In this document: positions 7,141-14,905 of the stretch, in pieces
How the letters are laid out: each line of letters starts with the position of its first letter
Position numbering within the stretch: position 1 is the stretch's first letter
DNA from: Chloroflexota bacterium
GTDB lineage: Bacteria > Chloroflexota > UBA11872 > VXNJ01
Assembly: GCA_965261345.1 (NCBI GenBank)
Contig: OZ253449.1
Span: 384,001-448,000, forward strand
Direction: 5' to 3'
DNA: 64,000 nucleotides
Translations under genes and position numbers: made by a program
The notes under the pieces: generated by a model
Database searches by the model: none
What the model saw: only the letters and a program-made list of their open reading frames with translations
What the model was told of the DNA's origin: nothing

Positions 7141-9656
7141 TCCTGCTCACCGACCTGCTGGCGGCCACCGGCGGACAATTGCGCGGCAAGGCGTCGCGCG
7201 ACCGCTACACCGGTTTTGCCCACGACAGCCGGCAAATTGCCCCTGGCAGCATATTCGTGGCGATGCGAACCGCCACCGGCGACGGGCACGCGTACATCGC
7301 GGAGGCTATCGCCAATTCAGCCGAGTTGATCCTGTGTCAGCGCCCACCGGATAACGACTGCCCCTACATATTGGTGCCCGATTCACAGACAGCGCTGCGG
7401 GATTACGCACGCTGGGTGATCCGGGAATTTGCTCCGCAGGTCATCGCCGTCTCGGGATCGGTCGGAAAAACCAGCATCCGCGAATTCGCCCACGAAATCT
7501 TTTCCGCCCAGCGGCTCACCTTCCAATCTCCGGAGAATTTCAACGGCCTGATCGGGCTGCCGTTGGCGCTGGGTGGAATCGGCCGCCAACACGCATTTGC
7601 GATCCTGGAGATGGCATCCGACGGTCGGGGTGAATTGGCGGCCCTGGCCAAGATAGCCCCACCAAACGTCCTGGTGCTCGCCGACTTTGACGAGACCTAC
7701 ATCGAGGTTTTCGGCTCGCTGGCCGCAATCGCTAATGAACACCGCGCGCTGGTTGAGGCGCTGGGCCCGACCGGCCTGCTTGTCTATCCCGACGACGACG
7801 CGATCGCGCGGGGTCTAGCCGGCCGGCATCCGGGACCAAAAATCGGCTACGGGCTCACCAGTGGGCAAGTACGTGTCGCAAATCTGCGACGCGGATACGA
7901 GAGCGCCCAATTCGACCTGGCCGGCATCGGAGGGGCGGCCCGCATCAACCTGCCGTTTGGCGGTCGCGGGCAGGTTCGCTGCGCCCTGGCGGCACTTGCC
8001 ACTGGATTGCGGATGGGCCTTGACCGCTCCCTGATGCTCTCCACCTGCGAGCGATTGCGGCCACCACCCGGTCGGATGCGGCGCCTGAGCGGACGCGGGC
8101 GAGTTGAACTGCTAGATGATTCGTTCTCGACTTCCCCGGCCTCGCTGGGCAACGCGTTGGAACTGCTGCGCAAGGCCCCGGGTCAGCGAATTTGCGTGCT
8201 GTCGGGTTTTGAACATTTGGGCGAGCATGCCGCCGCCGCCGCCCGCGCGGCGGCCGACGACCTGGCCAAGATCGACGAACTTGTCCTCTACGGGTCGCAA
8301 GTTTCGCAGATCGCCAGCGCCGCGCGGACGGCCGGACTGGCCGAGCAGCAAATCCACCGCGCGCTCAATGTCAATCAGGCTGAGCGTCTGCTGAGCGGGT
8401 TGGCCAAAGCCGGCGGCACGGTGCTGATCAAAGGTTCAGCGGCGGCCCGGCTGGAAGCATTGACGGCCAAGCTGCTGGCCAATCCGGAGGACCGGTCCCG
8501 CGACCTCTGCCGACAAACACCAATCTGGCGCAACGTTGTGACCGTAAACCCCGACGGCCCGGTTTGGATCAAGATCGATCTCGACGCAATATCCACCAAC
8601 GCCCAATTGATGACCGACCTCGTAGGACCCGCAACCGGAGTGATCGCGGTCCTTAAGGCCGAGGGTTACGGGCACGGCGCGCTCAGGGTCGCCAGCGCGG
8701 CAGTCGCCGGCGGCGCCACCGGAGTGGCGGTGGCCCGGGGCAGTGAGGCTTCCGACTTACGCCGTTCCGGCTTCGCCGGCACCATCCTAGTCCTCGGAGT
8801 CACCCTGCCCCGGCAGCTGCGCAAGACGGTGCTGGCCAACTGCCAGCTGACGGTTTGCGACGCCGACCAGATCGCCGCCACCGCCCAGACCGCGGCCGCC
8901 CTGGGTCGCCGGGTCAGCGTGCACCTAAAAGTCGATACCGGAATGGGCCGGATCGGTTGCCCGCCCGAGGATGCGCTGGCGCTGGCCCGCCAGATCCAGG
9001 CCTCCGGAAGCCTGGATCTGGCTGGTCTCTATACCCACTTTGGCCGGGCCAGCGCGCGGGATCTGAGCGATGCCCGCACCCAGTTGGCAGTTTTTGAGTC
9101 GGTGCGGGAAGAATTTGCGGCGGCCAAGATCAATCCCGGCGTCTGCCATTGCGCAGCGACCGCAGCGGCCATCCGGATGCCCGAGGCCCGGCTCGACGCG
9201 GTGCGGATCGGCATCGGATTGCTCGGAATCGCCCCGGCGCCGGGTATCGATCTGCCGCCGGGCGCCCGTCCGGCACTCTCAATGTACGCCCAGGTGGTGG
9301 CGGTGCGCCGGATGGTGCGCGGAAGCCTTGTCGGGTACGGAACCAGCGGCCGGCTGCGGCGCGATTCGTTGATCGCCACCGTTGGGGCCGGCTACGGCGA
9401 CGGCTTCCGGCGCGGCCCCAGATCCTGGGGACCAGTGCTCATCGCCGGCCAGCAAGTCCCGATTGTGGGCCAAGTCTGCATGGACATGTTCATGGTCGAC
9501 GTTACCGATATCGGTGAGGTTCAACCGGGCGACGAAGTGCTGTTGATTGGCGACCGGGCAGGGGGTGGACCCGGTGCGGGCGAAGCGGCGACACGCAGCG
9601 GCACGATCCCATATGAGGTAATGTCCGGATTGCTCTCGCGGGTGCCGCGTGTCTGA
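7137..9656 (+). CDS. alr: MurF-like ligase / alanine racemase fusion
   Basis: N-terminal GSVGKTS, NFNGLIGLP, LIKGS; C-terminal LKAEGYGHG, HLKVDTGMGRIG, GYGDGF, VCMD, TIPYE. Confidence 0.88.
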   Translation: MILLTDLLAATGGQLRGKASRDRYTGFAHDSRQIAPGSIFVAMRTATGDGHAYIAEAIANSAELILCQRPPDNDCPYILVPDSQTALRDYARWVIREFAPQVIAVSGSVGKTSIREFAHEIFSAQRLTFQSPENFNGLIGLPLALGGIGRQHAFAILEMASDGRGELAALAKIAPPNVLVLADFDETYIEVFGSLAAIANEHRALVEALGPTGLLVYPDDDAIARGLAGRHPGPKIGYGLTSGQVRVANLRRGYESAQFDLAGIGGAARINLPFGGRGQVRCALAALATGLRMGLDRSLMLSTCERLRPPPGRMRRLSGRGRVELLDDSFSTSPASLGNALELLRKAPGQRICVLSGFEHLGEHAAAAARAAADDLAKIDELVLYGSQVSQIASAARTAGLAEQQIHRALNVNQAERLLSGLAKAGGTVLIKGSAAARLEALTAKLLANPEDRSRDLCRQTPIWRNVVTVNPDGPVWIKIDLDAISTNAQLMTDLVGPATGVIAVLKAEGYGHGALRVASAAVAGGATGVAVARGSEASDLRRSGFAGTILVLGVTLPRQLRKTVLANCQLTVCDADQIAATAQTAAALGRRVSVHLKVDTGMGRIGCPPEDALALARQIQASGSLDLAGLYTHFGRASARDLSDARTQLAVFESVREEFAAAKINPGVCHCAATAAAIRMPEARLDAVRIGIGLLGIAPAPGIDLPPGARPALSMYAQVVAVRRMVRGSLVGYGTSGRLRRDSLIATVGAGYGDGFRRGPRSWGPVLIAGQQVPIVGQVCMDMFMVDVTDIGEVQPGDEVLLIGDRAGGGPGAGEAATRSGTIPYEVMSGLLSRVPRV

Positions 9657-10470
9657 AATTTATCTTCACAGCTGGACCTTCCGCGGTCAGTCGCTGGCTC
9701 GGGCAATTGCGGCCGCGTGCGCAATCGGATATGACGGGATTGAACTGCATGAGGGTCACTACGCCTTCCGCGACGACCCGGCCGTTTCGATTGCGGCCGC
9801 CCACGACCAAATAAACGCGGCCGGGCTGGCTCTGGCGGCGGTCCCCCTGCGCCTTGACAGCCGAAACCCCGGCGAACATACGGAAGCGCTGCGATCTGCG
9901 CGCAACGTGCTGGCCGCCGCCGCCGGCCGGACCCGCATCGTCAACTGCATGATCTCGATGATTCCCGGGCCGACGTGGTCACAGGGCGGCTCGGCCGCCG
10001 CCAACCCCGTCCAGCGCAACTGGAGCCGCACTCTGATTGAGGACCTTGTGCCGCTGGCCGAGGAATTTGATCTGCACCTTTGCCTTGAGACCCACATGTG
10101 GTTTGTCCATGACACCGCCGCGGCGGCGGCCGATTTGGTCGCCGGATTGCCGGCGGCGACATTGGGCATCAACCTCGATCTGGCCAACCTGGGCGGCATC
10201 GAACACGGTGAGGGCTGGGACCGGGCGCTTCAGCTGGTCGGCCCTAGGATGACCTATCTGCACCTTAAAAACCATCGAGGGCGCGGACGGCTAACCAGCT
10301 ACGAATATTCGCTGGCCGACGGCCGGATCGATTGGGCCCGGAATCTTTCGGCCCTGGGCCGCACCGGCCGGCTCCCACCAATTTGCATCGAATTCTCCGG
10401 AGCGGGAGATTCTGAAGTCGCCGCCCGGGACGATTTCCTGTTTGTTGAACGCGCGCTGGGCAAGCGGTGA
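9649..10470 (+). CDS. Sugar phosphate isomerase/epimerase (AP endonuclease 2 / IolE-like TIM barrel)
   Basis: GYDGIEL, LETH, NLDLAN, LHLKN, G.IDW and IEF metal-site pattern. Confidence 0.82.
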   Translation: MSEIYLHSWTFRGQSLARAIAAACAIGYDGIELHEGHYAFRDDPAVSIAAAHDQINAAGLALAAVPLRLDSRNPGEHTEALRSARNVLAAAAGRTRIVNCMISMIPGPTWSQGGSAAANPVQRNWSRTLIEDLVPLAEEFDLHLCLETHMWFVHDTAAAAADLVAGLPAATLGINLDLANLGGIEHGEGWDRALQLVGPRMTYLHLKNHRGRGRLTSYEYSLADGRIDWARNLSALGRTGRLPPICIEFSGAGDSEVAARDDFLFVERALGKR

Positions 10471-11855
10471 GCTTTACGCTGGAAACCCTGGGACGAGCGC
10501 TGGGGCAAGACCTGTCCGGCACCGGGTTGGAGTTTTCCGGAATACAGTTCGACTCGCGCCAGCCGTTGCCGGGCGGCCTATTCGTGGCGCTCGCTGGCAG
10601 TCGGCAGAGTGGCCAACACTACGTGCCGGCCGCACTGACCGGTGGTGCCCGAATGGCCCTGGTGCCCAAATTGGCAGTTGATGCAGACCCAGCCTCGCAG
10701 ATCGTAACCGCCGATCCGCTCGCGGCCATTGCGCGCATGGCAACCCTGCAGCGTCGCGAGATGCCAATTGATCATGTGATCGGCATAACTGGATCCAATG
10801 GCAAAACGACCACCAAGGAGGCGGTTGCCGGCGCGCTGGAACCGCTCGGCTTAGTTGCCAAATCGCCGGCCAGCTTCAACAACGAGATCGGGGTGCCGGT
10901 CACGATCGCCGGAATCGACCCTGGCGCCCGCCTGGTGGTGGTGGAGCTGGGCGCCCAGACGGTCGGCGAGATCACCGAGTACTGCCGGATCGCCGATCCC
11001 ACCGACGCAATCATCACCAACATTGGCCGGGCCCACATCGGCCTTTTCGGTTCGCAGGAAAACATTGCCTTCGCCAAGGGCGAGCTGGGAGCCTGGCTTC
11101 GACCCTCGGGAACACTGGTTCTCAATGCCGACGACCCCTTCGGCCCTGGCCTGGCCGGTCGCAGCCGGAGTCGCTTGCGTTGGATTTCGGCCCGTGATTC
11201 GGGCGCCGACGTCTCGGTGCGAACACGCCCAACCGGCGGCGGGTTGACCTTCGAGTTATCGGGTCAGAGCGGGTGCAGCGAGCTGACTCTTCCAACCTAT
11301 TCGCCTGCGGTCGGATTGGCTTGCGCGGCGGCGGTGGCGATCGCTGAAAGCCTGGGCGTGCACATTCACGATGCCGCCAGCGGGATGGAATCAATATCAC
11401 TCCCGCCGCGGCGGATGCAGGTTGTATCCAGCCAGCCGTACCTGGTCATCGACGATTCCTATAACGCCAACTGCGAGTCGGGGAAAGCGGCCTTAGATGC
11501 CCTAATGGCGCTGGAACTCCCGTCCCGGAGGGTGGCGATCCTGGGTGAAATGCTCGAATTGGGGGAATACTCGGCCGCGAGCCATCGTGAACTGGGGGTT
11601 GCAGCCGTAGGGCTGGATCGGTTGCTAACGATCGGCCATCACGCCCGCGGGATCGGCGAGGCGGCGGTGGGTGGCGGTCTCGACCGCTCGCGCTGGTCGC
11701 ATTTTGCCTGTCGTCTGGACGAACCGGCTTCGATAGCCACCGCCCGCGAGGCGGCGCTCAGCCAGCTGGCAGGAATTCTGCGGCCCGGCGACGGCCTGCT
11801 GGTGAAGGGATCGAATGCCCTAGCGCTGACCGAAATCGCCAACGCCCTGGCCTAA
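10467..11855 (+). CDS. murF: UDP-MurNAc-tripeptide--D-Ala-D-Ala ligase
   Basis: GITGSNGKTTTK, SFNNEIGVP, TNIGRAH, DDSYNAN, GEMLELG, VKGS. Confidence 0.92.
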   Translation: MSFTLETLGRALGQDLSGTGLEFSGIQFDSRQPLPGGLFVALAGSRQSGQHYVPAALTGGARMALVPKLAVDADPASQIVTADPLAAIARMATLQRREMPIDHVIGITGSNGKTTTKEAVAGALEPLGLVAKSPASFNNEIGVPVTIAGIDPGARLVVVELGAQTVGEITEYCRIADPTDAIITNIGRAHIGLFGSQENIAFAKGELGAWLRPSGTLVLNADDPFGPGLAGRSRSRLRWISARDSGADVSVRTRPTGGGLTFELSGQSGCSELTLPTYSPAVGLACAAAVAIAESLGVHIHDAASGMESISLPPRRMQVVSSQPYLVIDDSYNANCESGKAALDALMALELPSRRVAILGEMLELGEYSAASHRELGVAAVGLDRLLTIGHHARGIGEAAVGGGLDRSRWSHFACRLDEPASIATAREAALSQLAGILRPGDGLLVKGSNALALTEIANALA

Positions 11856-11938
11856 ATTCGCCGGTGCCCGACAGGCTGCCGGACCAAACCCTAAATTGCC
11901 CCCGACCGGGTGAGGCCCGCCGGCTTCAGCCAGCCCTT

Positions 11939-12868
11939 TCACCCGAATTGGCTACGCGATATGGCATCGGCGACGCGGGCTGATTCAACGCCGGCGGCAA
12001 AATCATGGACCCGCACGATATCAGCCCCCTGGGCGATCGCGATCGAATGGGCCGCAATGGTGCCGGCCAGGCGATCGCCGGCCGGATTGCCGGCGGCGTG
12101 ACCGATAACCGATTTGCGTGAGGCACCGACCAGCAGCGGCAATTGAAGGGCTCGCCGAACTCTGCCAATTTGCCCCAGCAATTCGAGGTTTTGGGCCGGA
12201 TTTTTGCCAAACCCGATACCGGGATCAACGATCAGATTGGGCCGCTCAATTCCGGCCGCCCGGGCGGCCGCTACCCGGGCAGAAAGGTGCTCGATCACGT
12301 GGGCCGCTACATCGGAATAGTCCAGGCCGGAGAAATGGCGACCGAGCGGCGATTCGGCAACCGCGGTCCGCACCCGGTGCATTAGCACCAGCGGACAGGC
12401 ACGTTCGGCCGCCAAGTTGGCCATCCTAGGATCGGCGGTAAGGGCCGAGATGTCGTTGATGATGTCGGCCCCACAATCCAGGGCCCGCTCGGCCACCGAG
12501 GCCTTGTACGTATCAACCGAGATCGGCAGGTCGCAGTTATCTCGGATGAAGGAAATTGCCGGCAACAGGCCGGCAATTTCCTGCGCCGCCGATATTGGTT
12601 CCGAGCCCGGCCGGGTCGACTCGGCCCCGATATCTAGCAGATGGCATCCGGCCCTTCGGGCCGCCACCAGGCGGACCGCTAGCGCTTTTAGGTCGTTACC
12701 CAAACCGTCGCCGGAAAATGAATCTGGAGATAGATTTATGATCCCCATTACATAGGTCTGCATGCCCCAGTTAAAAACCCGCCCGCGCACCGTCAGGCTA
12801 TCGGGCCATGCCGCCTCGGGGTCATCCACCTTCTTTTCGATCTGATCAGGCAATTCGGGGTAACCCAT
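11939..12868 (-). CDS. folP: Dihydropteroate synthase
   Basis: VMGIINLSPDSFS, GAESTRPG, VDPGIGFGK, SRKS, IVRVHD; start uncertain (ATG 12868 or GTG 12829). Confidence 0.95.
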   Translation of the reverse strand: MGYPELPDQIEKKVDDPEAAWPDSLTVRGRVFNWGMQTYVMGIINLSPDSFSGDGLGNDLKALAVRLVAARRAGCHLLDIGAESTRPGSEPISAAQEIAGLLPAISFIRDNCDLPISVDTYKASVAERALDCGADIINDISALTADPRMANLAAERACPLVLMHRVRTAVAESPLGRHFSGLDYSDVAAHVIEHLSARVAAARAAGIERPNLIVDPGIGFGKNPAQNLELLGQIGRVRRALQLPLLVGASRKSVIGHAAGNPAGDRLAGTIAAHSIAIAQGADIVRVHDFAAGVESARVADAISRSQFG

Positions 12869-12926
12869 CACGCCAGAAATTGAACCGCTGCTCCTCCGAG
12901 CCGGACTCAACGTAGCCGCTAGCCCG

Positions 12927-13685
12927 ATTCAGCTCGACGCTCGGGGCAAGCTCACGCTGCCCGGCGGCTGGTCGGCAGGCGAACTGCATCTCCACACGAC
13001 CCATTCGGATGGGACCCGCTCGCTGGATCAAAACCTGCGCCGGGCGGCTGAAATTGGGTTGAACGTGATCGCGGTAACCGATCATGACAAGGTCAGGGAA
13101 GCGTTGAGGGCTCACGCGCTAGCCTCCGATTTTGGTCTGGACGCGGTGGTTGGCACCGAGATTACCTGTCGAACCCAACACCACGTGCTCGGCCTGTTCA
13201 TCAGTGGATCAATTCGGATCTACCAGACGATGGCCGACACGGTCCGGGCAATTCGCGACCAGGGCGGGTTGGCGATCCTGGCTCACCCGTTCATGGGGGT
13301 CCCCAATGCCAGCAACGCCAAACGCATTCTGAGTTGGCTCGAGACGACCGATTTCGACGGGATCGAGTTGGAGAGCCAGTACCTTAACCCTCGGCGGCGA
13401 GAACGTCTGCACGCGTTCTATCGCGAACACTCAGAGCGGCTGGGAGCTGCGATTGGCGGAACCGACGCTCATTTCGGCGACCTCGGACGGTATTTAACCC
13501 TCTTTCCGGGCAGCGGGGCGGCGGCATTGCGCGCGGCTATCGTGAACCGCCGGACCGTGGCCGCTCGGTCCGAACTGGTCTACGATCGGCCCCAACTCCG
13601 GGACCTGGCGCTCAACAATTACCGCAGCCTGCTCTGCTTGAGCATCTACCGCCTGCGGGCGGTGTCTGGTGGCAGCTATCAATAG
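12927..13685 (+). CDS. PHP-domain metal-dependent phosphoesterase
   Basis: In-frame ELHLHTTHSDG (12981-13013), VTDHD, AHP, GGTDAH; start codon non-canonical and uncertain. Confidence 0.85.
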   Translation: MQLDARGKLTLPGGWSAGELHLHTTHSDGTRSLDQNLRRAAEIGLNVIAVTDHDKVREALRAHALASDFGLDAVVGTEITCRTQHHVLGLFISGSIRIYQTMADTVRAIRDQGGLAILAHPFMGVPNASNAKRILSWLETTDFDGIELESQYLNPRRRERLHAFYREHSERLGAAIGGTDAHFGDLGRYLTLFPGSGAAALRAAIVNRRTVAARSELVYDRPQLRDLALNNYRSLLCLSIYRLRAVSGGSYQ

Positions 13686-13873
13686 CCGGATCCGGGAGCG
13701 ATCAGATAAGGCCCTTTGCCGGCCAGGTGGTCACGTTCCGAGCGGGTGGTTCGATCGGCGGAAATGAGCGCGATCGGCTTGTGCCGTAGGTTGAAAAATC
13801 GCCGCGGCGGCGGTTGACTGGACCCCTCAAGCTAAACGCCGGTCCTACGGCGCAAAGTCCGATTGGATCCGGC
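13685..13873. ncRNA. Candidate structured RNA between convergent genes
   Basis: Terminal inverted repeat GCCGGATCC/GGATCCGGC plus inner stem ATCGGCTTGTGCCGTAGG/CCTACGGCGCAAAGTCCGAT. Confidence 0.3.
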
Positions 13874-13916
13874 GGCGCCCTTCGGAGGATGTTGGGCCGG
13901 GCCCAGGTCGGCGGCC

Positions 13917-14873
13917 TTAACGGAGGCGGTCGACGATCCCGGAAATATCCCGGCCCGGACGCGACCGCTTGTACATCGCGGTCGTCCGGTCGGCCTCTTC
14001 GGGCCAGCGGGAGAACATGATCTCATCGTATGGGGGCTGATCGAGCTGAAAGTAGACACCGATCGGGATCTGGTCGCCCCAGGCAAATGAAAGCTCCAGG
14101 GCGGCCTTCTTCTTATCCACTATTTCGGCCGCGTCGGTAGGGTCTTTAACCTTGGGATCGTGCCCGGCAGCGATAACGTCATATACCCGCGGAATCCGAT
14201 CATCGCGGTCGCGGCCCGAATACCACTCCATGGTGTTGATGTCGTTGTAAACCGGACAGGGCTGGAGGACATCGATATAGGAGGTACCGCGGTGGTTGAT
14301 CGCAGCAACGATGATCTTAGCCAACCCGCGCGGATCCATCGCGTAGGCGCGAGCCACGAAGGTGTAGCCGGCCGAGAGCGCCAACCCAACCGGGTTGATG
14401 GCGTCCTGGATGGCCGGCTCGGCCATGCTGCGGGTCTGTTGGCCTTTGATCTGGGTCGGTGAGGCCTGTCCCTTGGTCAACCCATAGACCCCGTTGTTGA
14501 AAACGATGTAGGTAAAGTCCAGATTGCGGCGACCGGTGTTTACGAAATAACCGGCCCCGATGCCATAGCCGTCACCGTCGCCACCCATCGCCAGCACGGT
14601 CACTTCGTGATTGGCCAGTTTCAATCCGGTAGCCACCGGCAGGGCGCGTCCGTGCAGGGTGTGATATCCATACGTCTTTATGTAATGCGGGGCCTTACCC
14701 GAGCAGCCGATCCCCGACACGATGGCGACCATGTGGGGTGGAATCTGCAACTCGGCCAGCGCCGCCCGAACCGCGTTGATTATTCCAAAATCACCGCAGC
14801 CCGGACACCAATCCGGTTTGTTTTCGGCAGCAAAGTCCCGCGCCGTCAATCTTTCAACCTGCGCTACTGCCAC
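13917..14873 (-). CDS. korB: 2-oxoacid:ferredoxin oxidoreductase beta subunit
   Basis: WCPGCGDF, SGIGCS, HGRALP, GGDGDGY TPP motif, NNGVYGLTKGQASPT. Confidence 0.93.
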   Translation of the reverse strand: MAVAQVERLTARDFAAENKPDWCPGCGDFGIINAVRAALAELQIPPHMVAIVSGIGCSGKAPHYIKTYGYHTLHGRALPVATGLKLANHEVTVLAMGGDGDGYGIGAGYFVNTGRRNLDFTYIVFNNGVYGLTKGQASPTQIKGQQTRSMAEPAIQDAINPVGLALSAGYTFVARAYAMDPRGLAKIIVAAINHRGTSYIDVLQPCPVYNDINTMEWYSGRDRDDRIPRVYDVIAAGHDPKVKDPTDAAEIVDKKKAALELSFAWGDQIPIGVYFQLDQPPYDEIMFSRWPEEADRTTAMYKRSRPGRDISGIVDRLR

Positions 14874-14905
14874 TTATTGCCCACCTATCGCTGCATTGGT
14901 TCGTT

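Noticed and set aside
7137-9656. MurF-Alr fusion as a novelty in itself
   Set aside because: Such fusions are already known; only its context and motif changes are reported.
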